Source: Callorhinchus milii (taxonomy: Eukaryota). From it: a DNA stretch of 64,000 nt. Shown piece by piece: positions 1-11,062 of the stretch. The notes below the pieces were generated by a model. That model made no database searches. It was not told the origin of the DNA and worked only from the letters and a program-made list of their open reading frames with translations. Each line of letters begins with the position of its first letter. The first letter of the stretch is position 1. Made by a program: the position numbers and the translations under genes. The stretch lies in NCBI RefSeq assembly GCF_018977255.1, contig NW_024704742.1, forward strand, positions 36,086,001 through 36,150,000. The letters run 5' to 3'.

Positions 1-537
1 TCGCTCGCCTCCACTGGCTCCCCATCCCCCAGAGGATTGATTTCAAGATCCTCATCCTCACCTACAAGGCCATTCACGGCCTTGCTCCCTCCTACCTCTC
101 CAACCTACTATCCCCCTACCTACCTGCCCGTACCCTCCGTTCCTCTGGCTCCGGTCTGCTCCACGTCCCCCGCCCCAACCGCCCTACTATCGGTGGTCGG
201 GCCTTCAGCCTCTCAGCCCCGAGGCTCTGGAACTCCATCCCCCAGTGCCTTCGCCTTGCTTCCTCCCTTTCCTCCTTCAAGGCCGGTCTCAAAACCTTTC
301 TCTTTGACCGTGCCTTCAGCTCCCCTCTCGACTCTCTTCCTCCTCCTCGCTCCCTCCCTTCCCTCCCCTCACCCTGACCATTTCCCCCTCCTCTCTCCCT
401 CCCTTCCCTCCCCTCACCCTGACCATTTCCCCCCTGCTCGGGTCATGACCCAACTGTGCAGCGCCTTGGGACGTCCTCCTGACGTGAAAGGCGCTCTATA
501 AATGGAATCTTGTTGTTGTTGTTGTTGTTGTTGTTGT
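1..537 (+). mobile_element. L2-clade LINE, 3' end (runs off window start)
   Basis: End of ORF2 (LARLHWLPIPQRIDFKILILTYKA...GGRAFS..APRLWNSIP), 3' UTR ending GGGACGTCCTCCTGACGTGAAAGGCGCTCTATAAATGGAATC then (TTG)n. Contains a ~45-bp tandem duplication at ~345-435. Confidence 0.95.
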
Positions 538-654
538 GATGGGGGTACAGAGTTTAGTGCGGGTGACTGTGCGGGCGGTGGAGTTTTGGATCAGCTGGAT
601 CCTGTGCATGGTGGAGCTGGGACGACCAGAGAAGAAGGCATTTGAGAAGATGAG

Positions 655-760
655 TTGGGCACAGGGAGCAACTTCTTTCTCTTTTCGAATAGAGCCATTG
701 GATCTTTAACATCCACCTGTACAGGATGTTGGTCTAACTTCTCATCTCAAACACATCAAG
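655..760 (-). mobile_element. Deu-domain SINE fragment
   Basis: Reverse complement resembles the GATGAGA..TTAAACC...GGTGGATGTTAAAGATCCCATGGC.CTATTCGAA core seen in the longer copies at 53400 and 56362. Confidence 0.65.
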
Positions 761-1905
761 GAAAAGAGATGGTCCTGATTTGCCATAATTTTTAAGGGGA
801 TTTGCTAATAAATAAGTTAGAATATGTGTTGACCCATGGGAACTCCAGCTGCCACAGAACCCAGTTGCCATTCTTCAGCTTCCGGTTCATGGAAGAAGTT
901 GCCTTTTGTGTGACTCAATTTCTTTATTGAAGAGTTCTATTAAGATCTACTGCATGTTAGGCACTAATAACTTTATTTTCTCCTTCCATCCAATAGCCAG
1001 ATACATCTGTTTTTACATCTTTCATTCATCTGGTTTTGCTTGTTCCACCCAATTAACAAGAAATAATTATTTGCAAACAACAGAAATTCTGGATATTGTT
1101 CCAGACAATTAGGGCCATTTAAACACAGCTTGGACTACTACTGTTCTCTGTAGCTTTTAAATGCTTTAAATTTCTTTTGTAATGAAGAACATTTGCATGC
1201 AAATTATTTCTATATTTGTTTTCCTGATTATGTTGTAAAGTGCTAGAATTTTGCCTCATATTTTTTGCCAATAAGCTACAGGGTTTTTAAAGAGCACCTG
1301 GACACCAGTTTAGTGTCTTATTTGAAGGAAAGTACCAGACACTGCGACTAACTGTGAGATTTCAAATGAAATAAAACACCAGGAACCTTAATCCTGTTGA
1401 AGGAAACAGGAATGAAAAGCCTTTAAGTGAGGAATCTGAGTGGAAATTCCTTCTGATAACCAGCAGTATCTCTTGCACAGCAAACGGGTTCCCTGGAACT
1501 CCGCTCTGAAAGTACAGTAGATTATGCTGGAGAGTTTCTGTCAGATGCTATGATGTGTTTCTGGGTGATAAAACCCGATGTATTACCACTGGTACTAGAA
1601 ATTATACAAGACACTATTAGATCATTCAGGTACAATTCCAGAGAAGTGTTCTTAATGACTATAAATGCATAAAACTCACACAAATTTGCAACCAATGAGG
1701 TGTAACTCAATATTTCTACTGTGGGTGATGATACCAGCCTCTTGCAATCTTATGTTGAAAGTAAGTGAACAGAAGAGCACTCAGATAAATGTCAGCAGAA
1801 GATCCCCAGCAATATTTGCTGTGATTGACAGCCGGGATTCATGCTTTTTGGATATGTGTGTACCTTCAGGCAAATGTGCACTTGCCAAGTCAATAAACTC
1901 ACACA

Positions 1906-2338
1906 AAGAACTGCTGTTTATAGAATGTTTCTACACACGACCCATGCATAGGTTGCAGTGTTGTCAATCACCTTGATATAGGCTGAATTTCATTACTCCC
2001 ATCTCTTGAATTATTTTTGTTATCACTTGCTGTTTACCGTCTCCTCATTTATTTATATGCTGAGCTTTGATCATGCAAGGGTTCGGGATGTGCTGCTGTC
2101 AGCAGAATGTTCTATTTACAGTAAGTATTTTTTTTCCTTGGCAGACGTGACTGGAGAAAAAAAATCGAGGTTCTATACTAATAATAATAATAATCTAATA
2201 ATATTATTCTACACTATTTGTTTGTTGTGTATCAATGAAGAACTGCTGTTCATAGAATGTTTTTACACACAACCCATGTGTAGGTTGCAGTGTTGTCAAT
2301 CACCTTGATTGAGGCTGAATTTCATAACTCCCATCTCT
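1906..2338 (+). repeat. 101-bp direct repeat pair (1906-2006, 2238-2338) flanking a 231-bp spacer
   Basis: By-eye ungapped alignment with 8 mismatches. Confidence 0.9.
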
Positions 2339-2534
2339 GTAATTGCAGCTTTGGTAAAGAAGGCTTCTCGCACCAGTAGGCAACAGAAAGTTAGTGTACA
2401 CAGGGCACTGCTCCACAAGGCATGTCTTTTAAGGAATACATTACAATTATTTCTTTACAATTATTTCACGTTTCAGTAGAATATCCTAATGCTCAGATGA
2501 ATGAATACTTTCCACTTATTTTTGTTTACCTCTT

Positions 2535-2658
2535 ATAATAATAATCCTTGCGTTTGATATAGCACCTTCGAGACGTCTCAAAGCACTTCACAGAATATAC
2601 TGCAAAGTGAATTGACTATATTTTTTGCATGAAACACGGCAGCCAATTGCGCACAGCA
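2535..2658 (-). mobile_element. SINE family A (tRNA-Ala head, L2-like tail), 3' part; split by an L2 insertion
   Basis: Matches the 3' half of the full-length copies (18898, 62278); the sequence resumes at 4336. Confidence 0.9.
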
Positions 2659-4335
2659 ACAACAACAAAATTACATTTATAGAGCGCCTTTCACGTCCCA
2701 AAGCTCTGAACAGTCAGGTGTCGGGACCTGAGCATGGGGGAGGGGTGGTGTAGGGGTGAGGGAAAGCAGAGAGGTGGGAGGACGACCAAAGGCACGATGA
2801 AAAGAAGGGTCTTGAGACCGAAGGGATCGTGGGATGGAGTTCCTGAGTGTGGGGGCAGAGAGACTGAAAGCCCGGCCACCCATGGTAGGGTGGGTCGGGC
2901 AAGAGACATGGAGCAGGCCGGAGCCCGCTGAACGGAGGGAGCGGGCAGGTTGGTTGGGAGTCAGCAAGTCAGAAAGGTAGGAGGGCCTCGGTCTTGCTGA
3001 TGTTGTGTTGGAGAAAGTTATTACTCGTCCAGGACTTGATGTCGGACAGGCAATCGGTCAGGACAGCAGTAGTCCTGGAGTTGAGGGTGGAGGCAGAGAG
3101 ATAGAGTTGGCTCTTATCCGCATTTATGTGGAAAGTTATCCCATGTCTGCAAATGATGTCACCAAGGGGGAGCATGTAGAGGATGAGGGGGAGGGGACCG
3201 AGGACAGAGCCCCGAGGAACACTGCATGAGACAGTGCGGGGGCTGGAGGAGAAACCGTTTCCTGCGACGAAGTGGAGGCGCTGTGAAAGGTAGGACAGAA
3301 CCTTGAAGGTTGTGGTGGGGAGGTGAGGCAGTGGAGGAGGATTGAATGGTCCACAGTGTCAAAGGCAGCAGAGAGGTTGAGGAGGATGAGGAGGCAGAGG
3401 GAACCCTAGTCGCACATGGTCAGGATGTCGTTTGTGACCTTGACCAGGGAAGTTTCCGTGCTGTGAGCAGCACGGAAACCTGCTTGGAGAGGTTCATGGA
3501 GGGAGTGGGAGGAGAGGAAAGAGCGAAGCTGGGAGGCAACGGCTCTCTCAAGGACCTTGGATAGGAAAGGGAGGTTGGAGATGGGCCGGTAGCTGGATAG
3601 CTGTAATGGGTCAAGGGAAGGTTTCTTCAAGGTGGGGGTGATAGTGGCTGTTTTGAGAGGGAAAAGAACAGTACCAGATGATAGGGAGAGGTTGATGATG
3701 GTGGCGAGTAGTGGGGCAAGGAGGTGGAGCTGGGATTTAAGGATAGGTGTAGGGATGGGATCCAGGGAGCAGGTGATGGGCTTCATAAAGAATATGGTGG
3801 TGAAAATAGAGAAGGGGGTGACAGGTTCAAAGGTGTGGAAGGAGGGATGGGTAATTGTCGGAGTGTGGGGTGGGGGTAGCGAGGGGGTGGAAGTTGGGAG
3901 GGCAGTGGCAGCTGAATGGATTCCTTCGATTTTGGACTCAAGGAAGTCCAGTATTTTCTCACAGTGGGAATCAGAAGAAAGAATCTGCGAGACGTGGCGG
4001 GGAGGGCAGAGGAGCCGGTTGGTGGTGGAGAACAGGAGCCTGGGGTTGCCCTTCGCCTCCAGGATTAACCTGAAATAGAAGGACGATTTGGTCGAGGCGA
4101 GAGTGGAGCGGTAGGTTTTGATGAGGTCCAGCCAGATGTGGCGGTGGACCATTAGGCTGGATTTGAGCCAAGTGCGTTCGGCAGCCCACACCTGGCCCTT
4201 AAGCGAGCGGAGGTGGCTGGTGAACCAGGGTGAGGATCAGGAATAGGAGACAGTTCAGAAAGTGAGGGGGTCAAGGGCGTCGAGTGTGGTGGAGAGGTTG
4301 CTGTGGAGAAGTGTATGCACAGCGAGTGGATTGGG
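2659..4335 (-). mobile_element. L2 LINE, 5'-truncated and internally deleted; decayed RT region
   Basis: ORFs 3406-4191 and 2969-3175 carry L2 ORF2 motifs (CSLDPIPT, YRPISNLPFLSKVLER, GFRAAHSTETSL, ADKSQLY from ADDTQLY); (CAA)n tail at 2659; flanked by ACAGCA at 2653-2658 and 4336-4341. Confidence 0.95.
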
Positions 4336-4570
4336 ACAGCAGTGTCCCACAAACAGTCGTGGATTGAAGTGACCAATTATTATTATTTTTTTTTGAAGGA
4401 ATTATTACCCCCGAAAAGCGATCCTCCAATCAACTAACAACCGAGTTCCTACTTACTGCTAGGTAAACAGAGACGTGGAAACTTTCCCAACGTTTCCCCT
4501 GCCAGGAATCAAACCCTGGTCTCTTGCTTGCGAGGCGAGTGCTCTGACCACTGAGCTGCAGGACTCCACA
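4336..4570 (-). mobile_element. SINE family A, 5' part with tRNA-derived head (long variant)
   Basis: Minus strand GGAGTCCTGCAGCTCAGTGGTCAGAGCACTCGCCTCGCAAGCAAGAGACCAGGGTTTGATTCC has A/B boxes and an extra internal segment. Confidence 0.9.
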
Positions 4571-4939
4571 CCTATATATAATATAATAATAATCCTTGCA
4601 TTGGATATAGCACCTTTCACGTGGGGAAGATGTCTCAAGGCACTGAAACCACTACAGTAGCACACGCATCTAAGGCATTCATATGGTAGTTATTATTATA
4701 ATGACCAGCCCTTGAAGTCTGTGCTAAGTCTGTATTTACCTGTGCTAAATCTGAGGCATGTGCTTTAACCTCTGAGCTAGAGGACTCTTCTGAAAGGCAA
4801 ATAAAACCTACAATGAGGCCATTCTGCACAAGCACCTTGATTTAGACTGAATTTCTTTACTCCTGTCTCCCATTCGGCACCTACTCACATCAGTGCAGAT
4901 CCATAGACACACTCCAGCATTCAACACCATCTGGTATCT

Positions 4940-5262
4940 CTTCCAAGTGGTTATTCTTCATACTTGAACTTGGACAGTGAAACTTGGCAGGCTATTCAAC
5001 ACTAGAGTGAATCACAACAGAGCCTGGCTGTCTCCTCACCCTTCATCTAATGCACCAGATACTGGCTGGTGATCAGGAGCAGGAACACTGTGATTTTTCT
5101 CTTCACCATCCCAGGAACACTGAGACCAACTGTCACACTCAAACCAATGCTCCAGTTGAGATTGGTTTACTCAGAGAAAACCACGGATTGAACCTGGGAC
5201 CTTCCTGGTCTGTATATCTCAGTACCTCACAATGTTGTGCACTTTCCCAATGAACCACTGAA
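4940..5262 (-). mobile_element. SINE family B (old tRNA-derived SINE, distinct body)
   Basis: Minus-strand head ...GAGATATACAGACCAGGAAGGTCCCAGGTTCAATCC; body shared with copies at 7288, 20440, 34835, 46555 and 63370. Confidence 0.75.
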
Positions 5263-5301
5263 CGAGCATGATTTCTTGATAAACTTGCAGCCACAAATAT
5301 A

Positions 5302-5660
5302 CAACAACAAACTGCATTCATATAGCACCTTTCACATCGGGCGGACATCCCAAGGCTCTGGATCATGAAGGGTTTCCCCCCGAGCTGGGGGTTAGAATCA
5401 ATAGGGTGGAGGGCAAGTGAGGTGGAGGTGGAAGGATGACCTTGAAGGAGGCAAGGGGGTGGTCAGGCAGATGGGCTCCAGGATGGAGTTCCAGAGGCTG
5501 GAGCAGAAAGGCTAAATGCCAGACCATCAATGGTGAAGCAGGCAGGTCGGGGGATATGGGGCAGGCCAGTATCTGATGACCGGAGGAAGCGGGCAGGTTG
5601 GTAACCATTTAGGAGATCACAGAAGTAGTGAGGAACAATACTGTGGAGAGCTTTAAAAGT
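5302..5660 (-). mobile_element. L2 3' fragment
   Basis: (CAA)n plus ATAGCACCTTTCACATCGGGCGGACATCCCAAGG tail and degraded ORF2 end. Confidence 0.85.
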
Positions 5661-5778
5661 GATATGACATCATCAGCCCACAATAATATGAGCAGATCAA
5701 CTTTAGACGATTGCAATGACATCCACTTTCAGCACAGCAACACAGCCCAAAATGTCCTGTAAAATCAGATATGCATAT

Positions 5779-5960
5779 TAATAATCCTTGAATTTGATTT
5801 AGCGCTTTTCACGTCTTCTAGACGTCCCAAAGCACTTCACAGAATATACTGTAAAGTGAATTTGACTGTATATTTGTGGGCGAACGCAGAGCAGCCAATA
5901 GCGCAGAGCAATGTCCCACAAACAGTCGTAGATTGAAAATGACCAATTTTATTATTGTTT
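5779..5960 (-). mobile_element. SINE family A, 3' half
   Basis: Same sequence as the 3' part of the copy at 62278. Confidence 0.9.
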
Positions 5961-6164
5961 TTGTCATGTCTGAAATGCAGTGTTGTCCATAAGGATAATA
6001 AGGAATCTGGAAGTATATCACGCTGACTCACTAGAAGTCTTCTCTGATGCTGTCTGTCTGGATGGAGCTTCCAGAGTCACGATACTGTGTACGACTTATT
6101 TATAGAATAAGTTCCCACACAGTTTCCTTTTTAACGAATCCTGTTAAAGAAACACTTGCTTATG

Positions 6165-6420
6165 AACTGACCCGGCCACTCCCTTCCAACCCGACCACTC
6201 CCTGCTTCACTCAGTGAGTACCAGTCTGCTTCATGTCTCTCACGCTACCTTTGACGATCAAGCTTTCAGCCCATCTGCCCCCACTCTCTGGAACTCCATC
6301 CCAAAGTCCCTCTCACTCACTCCTGCCCTCACCTCTTTCAAGGTGCATCTCAAGACAATCCTCTTTAACCACAGCTTCGGGCATCTTTCCCCTCCCCATT
6401 CCATTCAGCTAGGAAAGTGA
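6165..6420 (+). mobile_element. L2 3' fragment, degraded
   Basis: Translates to QAFSPSAPTLWNSIP...SFKVHLKTILF, the L2 ORF2 C-terminus. Confidence 0.8.
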
Positions 6421-7287
6421 TGTCAGCGACAACTTGATGAACCAGAAGTCATCCATTTTCTTGCTCTTCATTTTATGGCCTCTGAGATATTGGACACAAA
6501 CAACCACATTATAACACCATTGCCTGCATTACAATCCACTGCTCCTTGGGAGGAGTTTCAAAGCATTAATTTATCTCAGGGTTCAGATAACAGTTATAAA
6601 CAACCTGCATTTTCTCACGGACATAATCTAATACCCATAAATCAATTACTGTCTCATAATTGCTCCCAGATATCTACTATTGTTTCATCATATTATTCAT
6701 GGTTCTGTGTCATTGTGAGGTGCAAACAAATTATAGGGGTGTGAGGCATAATGAAACTCTGGGGACTGATGAGGAACTAAGCAAGACACTCCTTAATTCT
6801 GCTACAGGGTATAGACATGGCTACCATTTTTACAAAGTATCCTGTTTATTTCTTATGTGCCATCTATATCAAACTCCATTATGATGAACGGAATTTGGTT
6901 TGTAAGTTGAAGTGGCGGCCATTTTAGCCTTTGGTTTCAACTTTCATATCCTATTCAATACAACAATGTGCTTTGTGTGCAGGCATAGCTCATGCTCCCC
7001 TGGTCAAGCTTTTCTGTTCCTTCACACTTCCGCAATTAGACAGTGAGAGTGAATTACAACTGGACAAAGCTTGTGCAAAATAATGTGTGGATATGTTAAA
7101 TAGTAGAGTTCAGTGATAAATAAGGACATCTTCATCACAAAAGGCTATTTAATAAAATCACAACAGCACTTGGACACGGTAGTGCCTTCACTATGTGCTG
7201 CTGCAATTGATTCATAAATTACACTTATTAGGCTTACAAAGCCTGGAATGCTAACCACCTTATTACAGTGAACCTTCACCAGGTTCT

Positions 7288-7880
7288 GCGGATGGCTCAG
7301 TGGGTAAATGAATCACAGTGTGCTGCTGAGCAGATTGCACGAGCCAGGAAAGATCCAGGATTGAACAATGAGGAGTATTAAACCTAAAGGGCTCAGTACT
7401 CCTCATTGTCCTAACCAGAAGTGGCCAACCTCACGTTACAGACAACCTTCACGGTTGGCTGACAAGATTAATTTATTATTCAATCAAGAAAAAACTGAAA
7501 ACCCACTGCCCACTTACCTAGATGAATACTAATATTGAGGGGTGGGGGCTACACCACTGGTCTAAAGCTTCTAAAGCTCTTAAAAAGAACTGTAAAAAAG
7601 AATTCAAACAAATATTAGATTAAAGAATATTCCAAAATTCTGCACAATCTTAAATTTTAAGGCAACGGTCTTAAGGCTAAGACTGTACGAATTTCAAGTC
7701 TCTGGTCTGTGCTGAGTATTTGCATCTGGGAGTGGGTCACTGTGACTGGCCTGAGTATACACAGGCTAGGAAAATTAATCAGTATTACCATTTATGATCC
7801 CTGCTGGGAAATATGTATTCATGTTATGTGAGGGCAAGGTTAGGCTCAGCTTTGACGTCTTCACAACTGAAAATCTTGGG
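7288..7880 (+). mobile_element. SINE family B, split (head 7288-7362, body ~7690-7880) by a ~330-bp insert
   Basis: Head GGATGGCTCAGTGGGTAAATG...CCAGGAAAGATCCAGGATTGA; body resumes at TGGTCTGTGCTGAGT. Confidence 0.6.
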
Positions 7881-8970
7881 AGGAGTTGTTCCTTGTGGCG
7901 GTACGTTTTGTGAAGTTTGACAGCAATGGACAAAGAAAATGGAATTTCCCATTATAAACCAACATGTTAAAGGCACTAACCTAACCATCATTCAGAGTAC
8001 GTGTTCCGCATGAGACACAGTCAAGATACTCAAACAGCAATCCATAGGTTCAGGAATGGAGCGAGGCTAAAAATGGAAACTTTCACTTTGTCACATCTAA
8101 AGCCTCATTAACCGAGAAAAGTGAGTTCAAACCTTGAAACCAAGAAAACAGTTACAGCCAAAAACCTCATAAGAACAAGCTGTTAACACAAACCTTTCAT
8201 TGTAACAATATTTTCTCCCTGATCCTATTTGGTTGAGATCTGAAACCATGTTAAGATGAAGCAGTAATAAGAGGAACTCATTTGCTGGACCTCATGAACT
8301 TGTGGTTGAAAGATTCCGATCAGTTTGGAGTAATGAGACTTTAAGATCTTTGTTTCTGAGTGGTCAGTAAATATGACAACATCATGAGTCTGCTTCCATC
8401 AGAAAATTAGTGAACCTATGATGAAATTCCAGGCCTCCTTCCATTCCTGAAGCTAAGAATCGCTGTTTGTGTAACTTTTCCCTTCCTCAAGCGGAAGATA
8501 TGATTGTCAGGACTATACTCTGAGTGATGGTAAACAATAGGCCAGATAGGAATAAAGGATGAATGAATACATACAACAGATATGCACTCTTAAACTAATT
8601 ATTGTTATTTAACTTTTCTTGCCAACACCAATGACTATGATTCAATGATGTCTTAATTATCTTATAGATTAACTAAGGTGGTTTACCTTCAAACATTTTT
8701 CATTAGGTTTTATCTTAAAATTCTTTATGCAAATACAGATGTCTAGAAAGGTGTTTTGAAAAGGCATTTTGGAAGGGCTCTGAATTAATCTGAAGGACAA
8801 CGTCTCCAACAATGCAACACTCTGGTCTCAACTTAATCTGGAATCTTAAAGCATTCCGAGACACCATCCGGCATGAAGGGCGCTATATAAATGTAAGTTG
8901 TTGTTGTCGTTGTTAAGCAATGAGCTCAATTTAGGCCATGAGTTCAACCTGGAACTCACAACTTTCTGAA

Positions 8971-9350
8971 TCAGAGTGAGAGTGATTCCAACTCAACCAG
9001 GTTGACACACAGATGCACCAGAGAGGAGAGATGATAGAGGAGGATGGAACAGCTAACAATCTCAAAAGCAGCAGAGAGATCAAGGAAGCAAGGAGTCATG
9101 GAGTCATGGTCACACACAGAAGACATTGTTAATGATCTATACCAGTACTGTGGTTTCAAAGCCAGACTGAAGGGACTGATACAGGTAGTGATGGGAGAGG
9201 AAGGAGCAAAGCTGGGAAACTGTCCCATTCCAAATCTTGGAGAGGACAGGTGGGTTGGAGATGGGGTGGCAAATGAAGAGTTTGGTGGGGTCAAGTGTGG
9301 GTTTTGTAAAGCAGTAGAGGCTTCAAGCTCTCTGGGATGCTACCTTGCAT
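8971..9350 (-). mobile_element. L2 RT fragment, old
   Basis: Translation includes FLDLSAAFEIV..ILLYHL (from LLDLSAAFDTVDH.ILL). Confidence 0.8.
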
Positions 9351-9466
9351 GAGGGACGTTATATTGTTGTTGAAGTGTAGCAGTGCCTTCAATTTCTCAC
9401 TGTGCTTGGAGCTTCTGAAGTCGCACTGTAAAAGTGGCATGTTTGACTGGCCATTTTTTTAGTGGG

Positions 9467-9578
9467 CAACCAGGTGTCTGACACATGCGGAAAACCATCA
9501 CCATGCTTAAGAGTATCCAAACCAAACTGAGCATTCCATGTATCCCACCGACACATGGAATGGAATGCACACTTTCTC
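9467..9578 (+). repeat. Unclassified interspersed repeat U, copy 1
   Basis: CAGGTGTCTGACACATGCGGAAAACCATCACCATGCTTAAGAGTATCCAAACC...TGGAATGGAATGCACAC; recurs at 14892, 31340 and 38961. Confidence 0.8.
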
Positions 9579-10436
9579 CATCAATCAATAGCCTTTAATT
9601 CCTAGTAATGGCTCTTTGAATTGATTTGCGATTCTTTTAAAGTTAATATATGAAATCGGAATAAAAATTAAAAATTTAAAAATACATTCTAAGCCCTTTA
9701 AGTCCACCTGGAATAATGGACCGTGAGTTAATCACTGCATTCATGTCTCACCTCATGTTTTGAACAGTTTTCCATCTTTCATCCTAGCATTAAACCTGCT
9801 CTGCCTTTTACTACAACCTTTTAATATCGTATTTCCGAGCTGAAACTCATTTCTTGTTTTACTTCACTCTGAATTAATCCATTAAATTGTGATCCACCTG
9901 TGATTGCAAAATCTGCAGAGGTTCCTGGGGTTGAGTCATGTCTAACTAGCACAAAGATTACTGTTGCAGTGCTAGTCTCATAAAGTGTTTTTGCTGAGTC
10001 GGTTTGCTTCAGTAAAAAGTGATATCACACCAAGCCAATTTGTATAGATACTCAGGATAATGTAACATCACCTGCTGGCTTCCTTTCACATAGGCGTTCA
10101 ATCTAACCACAAACCGAGTTTAAGTCTTAAAATTATGACCTTTGGCTATACCGTCTTGAAGGTGACAACACAGAATGTGCAGCTGAATTCCACTGAGCAA
10201 TGAACTGAAGGGAATCATGTCAGACAGCAACAAAACAAAAGGCTATGAAGCAATTACAAAATTAAGTAAGCCCCTTGACCATTTTCCTGCATATGGGGCT
10301 TTTTGAAGATATCACTCAGTTAACATTCAAATTGGGGAGGCAGTGGGAATTATGTGCGCTATTTCCCTCCTAAAAGCATTTGGTTTGTTTCCTTGTATCG
10401 GGTTGCAATTCACTTTTAGAAGATGACTCCAGCTGT

Positions 10437-10750
10437 AACAACAACAACTTGGATTTATATAGCGCCCTCCACACCGGACGGCATCTCAGAGCGCTTCACA
10501 GTAACGGATCCCGGGGCCGAGCCAGGGGGAGGGGGAGGAAGCTGACCAAAGGTGCAGTCGAAAAGAAAGGTCTTCAGCTGAGACATGAAAATAGGAAGAG
10601 AGGGGATGAGGCAAAGGGAGTGAGGAAGGGAGTTCCAGAGCCTCGGGGCATAGTGGCTGAAGGCACGACCGACGATGGTGGAGCGGAGGATTTGGGGGAT
10701 TCAGGGGTCAAGGAGGAGGCCAGACCCGGTGGAGTGAAGGCAACAGGAGC
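10437..10750 (-). mobile_element. L2 3' fragment (different subfamily)
   Basis: (CAA)n tail, ATAGCGCCCTCCACACCGG.CGGCATCTCAGAGCGC, and ORF2 end on the minus strand. Confidence 0.85.
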
Positions 10751-11062
10751 TGTTATGAGGCTGTACTGCCGCACTTGTCAGGAAAAATGTTTTCACCTCA
10801 AAGAATGATAAATATTTTGCACTAACCTACCAAACAAGCTAATAGAACCAAAAGGATTTATGGGAAATACAGAGCAGACCTGTTATAATGTGCTTCTTTA
10901 AGCACAAATTTGGTTGTTACATGGTTGCATTGTGGCCCCAAACACTATGCATGTGCACAGCTAGCCAGCTGGCTTTCAAACTAAAATGGCCAACTTAGGG
11001 ATCAGCAGGTTGCCATTGATGTCATTGCCTGTGTACGGACAGCAAACAGGAAGCGATATAAA

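Noticed and set aside
37..501. 154-aa Pro/Ser-rich ORF
   Set aside because: Out-of-frame reading of the C-rich L2 3' end.
3632..4078. 148-aa plus-strand ORF, and similar ORFs at 54150-54929 and 57305-57631
   Set aside because: Antisense shadows of L2 ORF2.
7518..7589. Minus-strand segment with a good acceptor and GTAAGT donor
   Set aside because: All three frames contain a stop, and it lies in an apparent insertion; at most a cryptic exon.
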